Shown here piece after piece: positions 1-14,254 of a stretch of DNA of 64,000 bases; within the stretch, counting starts at the first letter, position 1; the number at the start of each line of letters is the position of its first letter. The DNA comes from Syncephalis fuscata S228. Its lineage: Eukaryota > Fungi > Zoopagomycota. Made by a program: the position numbers and the translations under genes. The stretch is taken from positions 1 through 64,000 of the forward strand of contig JAHLTZ010000055.1 of NCBI GenBank assembly GCA_025786725.1. The letters are read 5' to 3'. The notes below the pieces were generated by a model that was not told the DNA's origin, did not search any database, and saw only the letters and a program-made list of their open reading frames with translations.

Positions 1-412
1 AAAAAAATAGACAAAGTGCCTGTTGTGCTCTAATTATTCTTTTTTTGAATGCTTGAAATTCTTGTTACCACATTCGCTCTAATTTATCAACGTAGCAAAT
101 CAACCACCAGTTTAAATATACAATATTTAAATCTAGAACAGTAACTTCAATTTAGTATGCACAGTGTTAGTTCCATTGAGTTGTCGCTTAATCAGTTGAT
201 TTTACTTCTATGCTGGCCAACACCAAAATACATTTTGAACAATAAATCCTGCATTGATTGCTATGTACTGCAATTTGCAATAAATAATCAAATAATTTGT
301 TACTTTTTATGTCTTTACCTACATCATTTACTTCAAATCACTTGTTCTTATTGCTGCAACTGCAATATTTTATAAGATCACAAATATATAGACTTTAAAT
401 AAGAACATAACG

Positions 413-1050
413 ATGCTATTTGAGATCAGGTATCTTTTACCACTATTAGTACTACTATCAGTTGGCCAAAGTGTACTTTTAAAATTTACAAACTGCAAGT
501 ACATATTAGTTGCAACAATATTTTACTAACTGTCAATTGAATAGTGGTCAAAGACATGAAAGTAAAGGATGGTCGATTAGTAATGCTATTGAAATTGTAA
601 GTTACATATTTAACTGTTTATACTTGTCAATATGCTTATATAATCATCAGATGGTTGCATTGAGAATGATCGCATAACATTTGTTTCCATTAATGCTATA
701 CGTCCTATAGAGTCTTTTGATATTCTGCTGATGGACGGGTACACGATGATGAAATTACAATAGCAAATAATAGACTATGGCGTTTGCTATCTAATTTATA
801 TTGTAAAACTGAACCTTGTTTGAGTCCCAACGATGCATTAAAATACATTAAAAATAAATACAGAGATTTGGCAATGCCGACTATTAATCTACCTTCTTAT
901 CAACATCCATGACAATACGGCCAACATTATAATGATCCTTTGTTGATAGGACAATCGATGTTGATAATCAGGATAATACATTACGGAACAGCGATGATGA
1001 AAAGTTTTACCGCCTTATCTCAAAGTCCAAGTAATAGTCCTACTAACTAA
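413..1050 (+). pseudogene. Internally deleted copy (A) of the secreted-protein family at 38.2-41.5 kb
   Basis: ATG at 413 gives MLFEIRYLLPLLVLLSVGQS joined directly to LLKFTNC, which in copy C lies about 0.55 kb further downstream. There is an in-frame TGA (910-912) where copy C has CAG. The upstream flank is also homologous. The 3' end is approximate. Confidence 0.75.
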
Positions 1051-1382
1051 ATAGTGTATATTTAAATATACTCAGTCAATAGACTTATTTTTTACTATTT
1101 CATATAGCTATACACGCAATAATAGCTATAATAAATTAACAAACTGCGATATTATTATAGTGCATTCTTGTTCAAAATGCCAATTTATTCAATAAATTGT
1201 TTTATTTGATCGTAACAATATGTATGTATTATGAAGCCACTATACAAGTAAAAACAGCATTGTTCTAAATGATTTATTTATGTATTAAAATAACATACAT
1301 AATCCAGATAATAATACTGAACAAAAATAGTATTTTTTGATAATAAAATAGCTATACAAGTATCGAGTTTCCATTTTTCTAT

Positions 1383-4300
1383 TTATATAGCCGAATCTTT
1401 AGACAAGTAACTAGAGTGATGATAGGTAAAGTAATCACCATTACTTTGATTACTACTGCTATTTGAAATAGGTGGCTGTGTGGCCGTCAATGAAGTATTG
1501 ATTGGATCAGTGGCGGCGGCAGCAGCAGCAGCAGTACTCGTTGCTACTAGTTCATTAACGACTATTTGTCGTTCCATAGCACTGGTATTCTCGTCTCTAT
1601 CCAGACAAAGAGCTGGTGAACTGGCTGAATTACGTATTGAAATGGATCTACCAAGTAGATCGGCGCTATTTTTAGACATTGTCTCTTCAAGGGTCAAACA
1701 AGCTGTACTGGGCGATGTTATCATTGTGGCCACCGTACTTGCCGTATTGCCTAAACTACCCAGCGTATTGCCATGTCGTTGCCAAGATGGGTTACTGTAT
1801 TTATCAAGCATATGACGTAGATCATCTAATTTCAATGGCTTTGAAAGGAAATCATCCATACCTATATATATATCATATTAATTACCACCAAATATAGACA
1901 CTAGTTAAACTTACCCGCTTCATAACAACGTGTTTTCCAACTATCAAATGTTGATGCGGTTAAAGCAATAATAGGTGTACGGCTAACGGTAACGCCCGTG
2001 GAGGTAAAGGCACCTGCCACGGCCACTGTTGATCCACCTGGTGTTGTTACTCGATCCGGTGTATGTGTAATGGCTGTATCCATCGATGCTCGCATCGGTG
2101 TTGATCTATTATGTTGCAATGAACTAACCCAATGACTTGCTTCGTGTTTACGAATAAGCCGTGTCGCTTCAAATCCATCCATAATAGGCATTTGGCAATC
2201 CATTAAAATAAGATCGTGTTTAACACTTGATGTTTCCGTTACTTTACGCACTGCTTCCTGTCCATCTGCGGCCAATTCAACTCGATAGCCCAGTTTTTTC
2301 AAAAATAATGCCCCTAACTTTTGATTAATGGCATTATCTTCAACATAGAGCACTAATCCACGCGATGTCTCGGCAGATAAAGTGATAGCCGAGTTTACAG
2401 ATGGTATTTGCATGAATGGTAATGATTTTGGATTATCCGAGCTTTTTAACTGGCTCTTATTTACTTGACTGTCACCACCATTATCATTAATTTTATCATC
2501 TTCAGTTGATATATAGTACCCGATACAATAATAGGCGATGGCGCACTAGAAATGGTTGATTGTGGTGTTGATGGATAGGATGGCATTGGTATATGAGCTG
2601 GTTGGTTATGACGTGTATTTAATACATTAGGCAGTGGTGCTAGTGTATCATCCTTAGGCGTAGACATCAATGAGTTAGATGCCCATAAATGCATTGGAAT
2701 ATCCTCCATAGTATCATCGGCATCTAATGCTATACCACTCTGATCAGCAAAGTTAAATGGCTGTATTTGTTTCCCTTATTACGTGACCGTTTATCATTAT
2801 CACTGTGACGTGGTGTTAATAGATCCCGCATCGTTGAAAAGTTGGGCGAGCTCAATCCTTTAATGGATCCAGATGAGGTGGATTGCGATTTAGTAACTGG
2901 AAGTGGATCCATTGGTGCACCGGTATTAGAGGTAAGTATAGCTCGTTTCAAATTACGCGCTATATCGTCGAGTAATTGATTTAATCCTTCTAATGACGTG
3001 GCCATCGATGTACGTAACTGTGTCTGATATAAATCATCAATAGCATGGCTCATTTCCTGCATAGACGCCACTATTTGATCATGTCCTAATACATGAGCAC
3101 ACTTTTCATACAATCTGCCACATGACAGTGGACGGGGTAGTATATTGGCATGGGTGGGTACGCGTATATCATCAGGTGCATCTAATGGCACAAATACAAT
3201 GGTCGGTGGCAATTGAACTGATCCATGTTCACTACTATTACTAGATGCTGTACTTGTTGGCCAATTAAAGTGAGTCAGTGGATTGTCGATATCAAATAGA
3301 TTTGATTTCATAGAATCACTATTTGATTTAGATGGTGATAACAATTCAACATCAACTAATATCAAATCAACAGATAGACGACATGATCGTTGACACGTAT
3401 TGTTGTTACGCGACTGGCGTTTCTTTTGCCGTTTCTTAGCCAGTGATGATGATGCTATCGGCGGTGGACACTTTAATGTTGGCGACAGTGAATGGACAGC
3501 CGATGGAATAGATGAAATGGAGTTAAGTGAATTAATCGTGGTGTCGGCAGCATCATCGCCATAATGACTGAATCGACATTGACATTCAAGTACTTCGAAT
3601 TGCCAGTATTCAGTAAGCATTTGTACTAATACACGTTGGGTTTGTGGATTACGTAAAGCAATACCACACCGTCTATTACGGAATATTCGAGGTGCCAGTT
3701 CAGTCAGCATGCCAAATGGCGATACATGGCCTAATTCAAAGGGAATTCTAACGCGGAAGGCACTACCTGTACCATTCTCGCTTTTAACGGTAATACGGCC
3801 ACCCATAAGACGGGCCAGCTGTTGACATATAACCAGGCCTAAACCAGTACCGCCATATCGACGCGTTACACTACTATCGGCTTGCATAAATGGTTCAAAA
3901 ATAGCCGCTCTTTTCTCCTCGGGAATACCGATACCCGTATCCGCCACTTCAACGACTAGCCATATAAGCTGATCGGCCTCTTCATCGTCCTGTTCATCAC
4001 CGGCTGCCTCGGCAATATCATCAGCTGGCTCGGTCCATACTTTCATATGGACATAGCCACGAGCCGTAAACTTTAAAGCATTACTAATAATATTCATAAG
4101 TATTTCTTGGAATCGATGAGCATCGCCCATAACAACAATGGGTACATCGAGTGCCATATTCAACAGATAATCGACATCGGGTGCAGCAATTGACGAAGTC
4201 ATTTTGAATACATTCTCAATTACAACTCGAGGTGAAAATGCTCTACACTCGAGTTCAAGTCGATTCGATTCAAGTTTAGAAAAGTCGAGGATATTATTGA

Positions 4301-6322
4301 TAATACCATGAAGTACGTGAGATGACTTTTCAATAGTGGCTACATAGTCCGACTGTTCTCCTGATAATTGGGTACGGCGAAGCAGTTCAGTGAATCCAAT
4401 AATAGCATTCATTGGTGTGCGTATTTCCTATATTTATATAAATATATTGTATGATACATGGTCGAAATGACTTACATGACTCATAGTGGCGACAAATGCT
4501 GTTTTAGTATGGTTTGCTCGTTCAGCTGCTTCTTTTTCGAGTATCAGTTGTTCAAATTGCTTATTAACAATCATTGTTTGTTCTAATCGATCGCGTGAAT
4601 TGGCCGTGGCTGATCCAACCAGTCCGGAGAATAGAAATGAAGTGGCCATGACAAGTACCACGGCAATAAGCGATACATTCTTTTGTTCTTTTTGACAATC
4701 AAGCAGACCAGTTTGTGCTGATTGATTAGACGTAGTGTCATCAAAGGAAAAGTTCATAGCCGACATGCCTATATATTAGCTATTAGCTACTATCTATATA
4801 GCTATATTTCTATCTATTACCTGTATAGTGCATGGCACATACGCCAAGACCGAGTACTAGAGCACCGATAAATTGCTTACTCATATCCTTTAAATTACCG
4901 GCTAATACTAAAGCCATCGTCGCCACTACCCAAGCAATAATAAAGGATGCTGCCACAATCCATGGTGTATAGCTAACGGTGACTCGTACTTGTTGTAGTG
5001 AACAAGTTGTCGGATTCATAGCAATAATACCGGTATAATGCATACCACAAATGCCAGTGGCTAGAAAAAATCCACTAGCGATAGTACGAGGCAACGACGA
5101 CACAACCAGTGTAAATCGACCGGGCCCATCTATTTCATAAACTCTGAAACGGGCATCTGATCCATTAGACATAGGTACTGATGTCATCATACGTGGTTTA
5201 GTGTGAGAGAGTTGTTTTGTTGACAAAGTGTATTAAAAGGAGACACTCGTTTTTCGTCATAGCAAGTTGTATCGTCGCTATTGTTTTTTTGGTTGTGATG
5301 ATTTGAGTGGAGTGGTGAACGAGATAGACGATCCGGTGATTGTGTAAGTGATGTACGGGCTGTATTCATTGACGCCTTACAAGTATCGTTTCTATCCAAT
5401 GCAGGCGGTACCGTTAATGGTGTGGCCAATGCCGATCCAGTATGATGACCGTAAACTGACGATATGGGAATAATTCACTGGTGGATGTGTAAGGACCAGA
5501 TGGTGGATGAGTGCGTAAGGAACGATGGCCCGAATTGGAACGACTTCTCATAGCAACTGAAGTGGCATCGGATGATATATAACCGTGGTTATTATTGGCA
5601 CTAGCGGTGAGGCGTGTATCCTTGCTACGACGATTACGTAAATCGCCAATAATACTATTAGAACTAGTATGTTCTTCTGCATATTGATTAGATATTGTAG
5701 CATTTTGTTGTGGTTGTTGATTATTTAAATGTATTTCATTTGGTTGATTAGAGTGATGCGAATGATTAACAATAGCACTTGTATTGTTACTGTGATGTAT
5801 AGGATGTGCATAGATTCCTTCTTCACTATTGCGTGCATTATTATTGTCAAGTGCTACATAATTGACTCCAAAGTGATTAATACGATGAAAGTTATTGATC
5901 TAATAAATGGTGTAAATGTGATTAATACTATAACTAGCTAATTGTTAAACCTGTTACCTGAAAAGCAATACGGGCCGCAATAATTGGAATTAGAAATGAA
6001 AGTACAGTCAAACCTGGATCGTATTTCATACTAATATCTATTTCAAGTGCCAACATACCTACAGTCATTCATACGTATAACATTAATACTTTTAGACTGT
6101 AACCAATAAGTGCTTACCAACAAAATGCATGCCCCAAATCGCACATCCGCCGAGTGCCACAGCAGCTAATGCCAGCCATGCGTTCTTGCGTGCGTTCCCA
6201 CGCGTCTTATGCACCTGGTACAGCACTTGACAGGTTGTCCAGGCCCCCTGGACTGAGACAAGGTAGGATAGGAATATAATGGCGTAATCCCACTTGACAT
6301 TTGGAATTTTATTTTGCTCCAT
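1383..6322 (-). CDS. Hybrid sensor histidine kinase with N-terminal MHYT membrane domain (MHYT-HisKA-HATPase-REC), multi-exon
   Basis: MHYT motifs WGMHFVGMLA (across intron 6117-6059), GMHYTG and AMHYTG. H-box KTAFVATMSH/EIRTPMNAIIGF, N-box NALKFT, DTGIGI, GGTGLGL. Receiver motifs VEDN, ILMDCQMPIMDG, IIALTA, DDFLSKP. Some internal junctions are unresolved. Confidence 0.92.
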
Positions 6323-7975
6323 ATTATACTCAGTATAGCGTGGCGTGGACCAGCAAGTTTATAGTTTGTTATGCACTTGCGAGTGGCCGGTGTGCAGCGG
6401 AAAGTAGTAACAATAATAAAGTGCTTAAACAGTTGATAAATTGACAAATCAACGAGAAGCGGAGTTGGTAACAGTGGTAACACTATGCTTACAATGGTTA
6501 ATATGATGAATAAAAAACTCCGCTACAATAAAGTTGTTTTCGTTTAATCTACGATAATTCACTGCGATGAGCGACTAAACTTTATCACTGGTAATAAATG
6601 TCACGATAATGTATGACATAGGTGAGTAGTGGGATGGACTGTAATAATAACAGTAACAAGGATATCAACGAATAGAAGAAGGAAATGTAGTCCAATGTTA
6701 TGGAAAGGGAAGTGGCTGGTGAGGTACCGTGAATTCACGCACGTTTCTATTAACAAACACACGTACACACTTGAAGGGTTTCTATTGGCACTGCCGCTAC
6801 CGCTACAGCCACCACCACCACCACTATATACTGGAGTAGCAACAAGTCAGGGATATGGTAATTACAAAGATATCAAAAGAGGCTATTACAGTTTGATTCG
6901 TATAAGATAGCAATGACTTTTGCTGCTATTACGGCTATTAATACTATTGATACTACTACGGATACTACTACTGATAGTACTGATAATGATGTTGTGTTTG
7001 TTGCGTTTGTGTTGTTGTTGTTACCAATAGTACCACTAAGCGTTTAAAGCTAAAAGGAGAAGGGGATAAAGTACGCGTAGCAGTGGTTTACAACATAACA
7101 TACGGAATAAGAGAAATGGACAATGTTGAATGAACAAGATGACCACACGACCTAGTTTATCGCTTTCTATTCTTATGCTCAATAGGCTACACTTTCTTTT
7201 TCCGGGTGCTGGTCAAGCGCCTTTGGAAGCACGGCAAAAAGAAAGGGCATGCTGTACGACTTTAGCCCGACTTGTCTATTCTGGGTATTACTCCCTGATA
7301 CGGTAGTTCCTAGAGACTTGACTCAATGTAGATTGTATGCTTGACTCGATGCTCTTTTAATTCTAGTCTATTAATATTGAGATGCAGCTATAAGCTATTC
7401 GTATAGTATATTTATTCTTTAATCATTATAGTATAACTAATATTTATATTATGAATAGATAAATGTGTATTTTAGTGAAAAGGATAGTATATATATATAT
7501 ATATAGGTGCGTGCATTTGTACGCGTAGATCTTTGATAATACACGGAAGTTCTAATATACATTTACCGACACTTGTGCAACTATTATTACTATAACGGTT
7601 TATTCTTGATTATAGTTGTTCAAGGCCAGATACTAAATAGTCAAGTTGTTGTTTATTGGATAGACGATAGTAGGACATAGGCAATCATGTTGGATCTTTA
7701 TAGATAACAATGTATTAATTAAATAGATATACTACAAATACTATATTAATTATATAGTTGTATATGCAAATATAATAAAGTGATTTATTTAAGCTATTTT
7801 AAGCTATTATAGTCAGTTATTATTGTCTAGTTATTATTAATTGTAAATCAGTTACATTAAATCATAAGTATTTTTAACACCTTTTAATAAAAATAATAGT
7901 AAAGATAGTATTAGAATATACACACGCATAAGCAAAGGTCTTAATCAGTTAGATATGTCTATGCCAGTGTTATAA

Positions 7976-8803
7976 TTAGGATGCATACAATGCTAGACTG
8001 CGAATGTATTTGTTTAGTATATAGCGGAACTTTTCACATTCCACTTCATACTCATCGGGGAAGGCAGAGTCATCAACGATAATAGCGCCTGTCTCATCGA
8101 CAACGCTGCCTCGTACACGGGCCAGTGGGTTCTTAATGACATATTCAACATAGCATTGGGAATAAATACGGTGGAGTAATTCGCTTTGTTGTTCGGCGTT
8201 AGGATCAGTTAATAGAATGAATCGCAGTCCCGACAATGTACGATAGTGGTGCAACTTGTAATGACTTGTACGATAAGCTAGAAAATTAGATGTTCTATTA
8301 TAAAGTAATTTATTGATTTATTAATTGATTAGTTAGTTAACCAGCTATTATGATAAATTATGGTGTGTGTGTGCTTACCCTTTGTTCTTTGAAAGCTTGC
8401 CACAGAGATTACGTAGAGAGTAGACTACGCCGTAGACTAGCTTGGCTTCTTCCTCGGAAGGTAGACGTCCATTGGCTGCAATACTGGTGGTTGACGTGAC
8501 AGAATCTGTGCCAACTGTGCCACTTTGCGAGCCAAGTGGATATTGTTGCGAGAGGACCGACGATGGCTGGTGCGACGACGTCACTGAACCAGTGGCTTGC
8601 TGGCCCGTCTGACTGTTCGTACCAACAGTTGAGTTGCCCACTGGTGGTATAGTGGTGCCGGCGCTATTAAGAGCCGACAACGGAAACTGAAAGGTGCTTG
8701 AACGAGGAGTACGCGGGGTCAATGGGCCCGACTGTTTACGCTGACAATCGTGCTGGTAGACACAGCGACAATGCCGGTCAAAGATGTAAAGACTATAGAT
8801 CAT
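7976..8803 (-). CDS. BET5: TRAPP complex subunit Bet5/TRAPPC1, 2 exons (8803-8379, 8294-7976)
   Basis: MIYSLYIFDRHCRCVY ... EEEAKLVYGVVYSLRNLCGKLS, then an in-frame GT-AG intron, then YRTSHYKLHHYRTLSGLRFILLTDP ... YVEYVIKNPL. Confidence 0.9.
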
Positions 8804-9302
8804 TGTAAAGAAGCACCAGTGTCGACAGACTGAATAAAGTTACTACGGGGCAAGAGTAAAGATGACGCGGACAAGATGGGAAATAGTTTTATTACAATTT
8901 GTAGAGAGGCGCTGTTGTATTTGTTATTTTATCAGTTGGGGCCCGCCACTACCATCTGAACAACCATACTAATTCACGCTTTTCCGTTGTTGTCATCCGC
9001 GTTGCTACACTTTGGTTTATTGCTCGTTGTAGCTTTTGTACTTTTTGACGCTGTAGGCGTATTTGTATGCGTGTGCGTGTGTACGCTATTGTAATATTGA
9101 CAGTGAGACGATAGGACCACTGGGCAGTTTAAAGGCGCGGCATTTCTTGTTCAGCTATTATTTACTTAATACTTTTATTAACTGCCATCTACCCACGTAT
9201 TGGCAATCTATATAATAGTAGTAATAATAGCTATTTCTAAATATTCTATAGTGTATCCTAGTTGCTAGTTTGCGATATCCACCTATCTATATCTATATTA
9301 CT

Positions 9303-10744
9303 ATGGCGATACATGATACAGAAGAAGGGTCGGTCAAGCGACCTTTCATTGCGGCGACTTCACACTACTCGTCAAAACAAATGACCATCGACTCTACTCA
9401 GAAAACTACTCATTTTAGCGTTTTTAAATGGATATTACTGGCCTGGACAACACTAACCAATTGGCTATATCATTTAATATTTACTAGTTATACAAATATC
9501 GGTACTACTCGTTCAACACGGATTGTCAAGTTGTCACATGACCGTACATCAATTTGTACTGAAAATAATAAGCTGATTGCTAATAATTATGATAGTGACA
9601 GTGATACTATACTCGAATCAACTAGAAAAGTGGCCGATTCACCATTACCTGCACGGAGTGGTCGAGCACGTCGACAGGCTAACAATACGTCGTTGTCGTT
9701 GTCGTCGTCGTCGTCGTCGTCAGCGGCTGCAACATCATCGACAGTCGAACAACAGAAGCATCATTCTGCGGACCGAGCATCTGCGCGTGCCGTTAACGCA
9801 GCTAAAGGTGGCAGTGCAGGTAAGTAAGGCGTTAGGCTTATTACGGCAAAGCAGCTGATACTGACACCTAACTAGCTAGCACGAATACGCGTCCTACAAC
9901 GAGAATTATACAGTTACCGGCCCGTAAAACACTCGTACTTGATCTTGATGAGACACTTGTGCACGCCGATCAACATGGTGGGTCTCGAGTCGATCATGTA
10001 GTTGAGGTAGTTATGGATGGGTATGCCCAGCTTTACTTTATTGGTAAGCGGCCGCATACAGACTATTTTCTACGCAAGGTAATCTATCACAAAGTGCGCC
10101 ATAAAACGTTTAACTATAATGATAATAGGTTAGTCAATGGTATGAATTGGTGGTTTTTACGGCATCACTACCCGAATACGCCGATCCCGTTATCGACTGG
10201 CTTGATCCAGATGCGTGCTATTTCAAACGACGTCTATTTCGTAGTGACTGTACACCACGTGGATTTAGCTTTGCTAAAGATTTGTCGCTCATTCAAGCTG
10301 ATTTATCGCGCGTTATTCTGGTCGATAACTCTCCTGCATGCTTTGCACTGCATAAAGGTAAATGAAGCGAATAAGCATTGGCGACATGACGAGGCTTTGC
10401 GCTTATCTAGTTGCATTCTACTGATGCACACGCTTTTTTTTATCTATCTACTATCGCTATGCACAATAGAAAATGGATTGCCTATCTCCGGCTGGTATGA
10501 CGATCAGCGAGATGAGGCGCTTCTTGAACTGCTGCCGGTACTTGATGCGTTGCGTTTCGTCGACGACGTGCGATCAATACTACGTCTTCGTTTATGCAGC
10601 CATCGACGACCGACAGGCGCAGTATTTACCGAACGAATGTCTTCCTTGCTATCAACGGCTCAAACCGATACAAGTAACTATACAGTGATGCCTAGACGCT
10701 CGGCGATAACTGTTCAACATTCAGCAACGACACATCGTTCCTAG
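9303..10744 (+). CDS. NEM1: NIF/FCP1-family HAD phosphatase, Nem1/CTDNEP1-like, multi-exon
   Basis: KTLVLDLDETLVH (DxDx(T/V) motif), KRPHTDYFLRKV, VVFTASLPEYADPVIDWLD, ILVDNSP, DEALLELLPVLDALRFVDDVRSIL, plus an N-terminal hydrophobic segment. Confidence 0.82.
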
Positions 10745-13700
10745 GCAGTTGAATATAACTTAAAATGCAAATCATTAAATTTTATATATTTTATTAATTA
10801 ATTAAATAGTAATAACAATAATAATAGTAATAGTGATGGTAGTACAGTATTTACCAAATTGATCATGTTTATTCTTTAATTCTCTTTTAGTTGATGGTCA
10901 TTGCACTGTTACTATAATAACGCTTATAACCAATGAGTATTCCTTAAAGCTGCTCAATGATTTGTGCCCTTGTGTGTACAATAATTATGAGTGTTTTTTG
11001 CTATTCATTTTCACATGTCTTTGCATTAACTTGTGTATGAAAATGATCATTTATTTGGCTGTGCTTTAATTCATTATTACTATGCGTATTATTGCTATAG
11101 CAGTATTATTACAGTATTATTCCGGTCGATTAAATCAAATTAGTTTATTATTTGTTGATAAGTTACTTTATAGGATATACACGCTATATTTATAGATATG
11201 ACTTGCTGTCTATTATGTACACATTTGGCCCCTTTACATAGTAATTTATTAAATAGCATTAAAGTATAATAGATAATTGATATAACAATGTTAATAATAC
11301 AGAATGACATTAATATATTATTGCAATAATTATTCTTACTATTATTAGTGATAATAAATGGCTGATAAAAACCATAGTAATGCATGCCTGTTTAAATGTC
11401 ATAGCAAATGTACGGCAAAGCTATGTATGATTAAAAAGGAAACAGGTAGACACAAAGCATTGCAGATACAGGGAGAGCTGCAGTGACATGTGCAAATTAT
11501 ATAGTATCCGGTTTCGATAGCGGTCACCACAACTAATTCGTTTTTTGCAGCAAAAAAGAAAAGGACAAACATAGTCCCATCGTGCTTTGAATTAATCCAA
11601 GGCTTGACAGCGATGGAAGTCGTAGATAATTACTAAAATAAAAATGTAAAATGCACAATGTAAAGCGTAAAAGTTTAGTTTAATGCTCAGATTTGTATTA
11701 TCAATCTGCGTATCCTAAATAATAAAGTATATACGATGCTTTGACCAACACGCCTCCGTCTCCTTTTACTTTCTACTTTGCTATACTGCAGTTTGTAGAT
11801 AAGTAGATTGCCATGTGCATCGACCATGGCCTTTTCATAGTTTAGCAACACGTCGTTTCTCCGATTCGTTGACTACTTTTCGAGTAATAATTATTTAACA
11901 TGCTTACTCTTCTGTGTTCACCTGCACCGACACGCGCTTACCCGCCATACTGCCCCATCCATGCGATGCGGATAACGATGGTAGCAACACTGGCCTTGTT
12001 ATTGTTAGTGCGGTAATCGCCATTACTACTACAACTACTACAACAGCAAATGCTATCATTTCATCCATGTGCTTTTGCGTTAATTCAAACGATAGCCATT
12101 GAGCGATAGCCATCGCCACAACAACAAAAACTTGTAATTTCGCGTGTCATCATACTTTCCGTTTCATCTCGGTCTCTTCTCCTCCTTCTATTCACGTTTT
12201 TACTTGATATTGCTTTTATTGATCCGGTCGAGATTCCTTTTTGTTCTTGGCTCTTTTTCTTTTCTTTCTCTTATTTCTCTATCTGTTTATTTCCACTCAC
12301 CTCCACTGAATAGTTCGCCTGTACCGACAGTCGTCACGCTTTATTTGACTGTACATCCTACGTGTACAACGCGTGTACTAGCACTTGTCTAAATAACCTT
12401 TCGTTATTCATAGTCAACGGCCTATTCATCCTTACTATCATCGGCTTGCTCTTCCATAGTTGCCTGTTCCGTGATTCGTGTCACCATCTTTTGAAATTTT
12501 GGTGCCACGTTTAGTATTTCCCTACTTTTTTTCTATCATTTGAAAACATTTTCCGTTTACTGCTTTTCTCCTAACAACGGCAGCCATTACCATCATCACA
12601 TAAAAAATAACAAATAACAGATAACAGCTACAACAATAGCAGTGACAGTACATCAATAACCATAACAACACCCTTTTAGCCGTCCAGACAAAGTGATCTA
12701 TTAACACCTTTACATAACTATATTGACTGTGTGATTTTACTAAAACTATTGCACTTGTTACCAAGTTATTATTTTGTTCACTTTGTGCCGCATCGCTTAT
12801 CCGCGGCTATTCTTAGCACCGTACTAGCTAACTTTTGCAGTTTGGTTTCACCGTGTCTTCAGCCTTTTTTCCTTCATTATCTACAGGTATTCCTTAGCTT
12901 GCGTGCGTTCGTGCATCCGTACTTGTGTATCCTTCCTCTCTTTCGCTCCCATTATCTATCACTTCTGTGTTTGTTTCTTGCTTACTTATCAGTACCTTTG
13001 CTTTTTCTCCTTCCTCTCTCTCTCTCTGCACCTCGACTTGCCACGTTTTCTTAGCGGTTTCCTTTTTGTATAAAAGGACTGAAATATTAGCGTTGGCCGT
13101 TTGTCCACGTTTAACCTATTCGCCATTACCATTGACCGACCTTTCACGTACGCATTGTTCACTGCTAACCATAGTGTTATTTGTTTGAGTAACCATTGCT
13201 GACGCGTACATTGCTTCATTTATCCGTTTTTTATCATTTCTATCTTAATACGTTTTCTTGTTACGTACAATCTTTGGCATTTTATTTTCAGCTTTATTCA
13301 AACGTCATCACACGTGAAATTCATTATAATAATTTCTACTAAAAACCGGCCAACAATTTGCATTCTGATCCCCTCATTTGGCACAGAAAGCAACGAAAAC
13401 GACGGACGATCTGACCACGCGGAGAATTTGATTTGAACACACACAGCACACAGCACCAATAACAACACCATCAACAACATCCTTTGCTGGCGATCATTGA
13501 GTTACCGAAACAAGACTTGTTCACCTCCTTTGCTTTCCATCTTCACCTTACCTTGAACTCTGGTACTGTCATTATTCCTATACAACGCCGAGCCTCCTTT
13601 TCCATTCTATTAAGGCTACTTTCAACTATCTGTGCTGTTGTTATTGTCACCACCACCACATCATCCTTCTCTACTCTGGTTATTATTATTACTATTATAA

Positions 13701-14254
13701 TATTTAATCTAGTCGTGCTACAACATCCGCATCGATTTGATACGCTTTATTTCTACAAAGTTGCCGCACCGTTTTTTCAGCTTCTATCACGTGCTGTTGG
13801 TGCGTGGTGCGCAGGCGTACATCTGGCTAAGTTGTATTTGACGCTTTATTGGATTAATTTCCTAATAGCACGCTTGCTTGGCCTGGTGCTATCAATTTGA
13901 ACTTTGCTTAGTTTGCCTTTATTTCTATCGGTATCAGTATATTTACACTAGCAAATAAGCCCACCTCTTTGTAATTTGGCAAGCATTCTTCATTCTTTAA
14001 ACCTTAATAGCTCGCCACCGTAATTCTATTGGTGTGTACGTGCACTTGCGCGCGTGCCTGTGTTGGTCGTTGTTAGTTCATAACACGCTTGCTTCCCCCT
14101 TGACAGCGGCTCATATTGTTTCTACTTCTTGTCGTTCTTTTTCATCTCAAACGACGGCATTCCTTTTCGTTAAAACTTACTCATTGGTCGCAACTTGCAT
14201 TGCATATTCACCTATCTACACCTAATTTTAAAGTTATATCGAATAGTTTGTACA

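Noticed and set aside
11904-13900. Numerous short hydrophobic ORFs
   Set aside because: By-products of T/C-rich composition, mostly with non-ATG starts and no homology cues.
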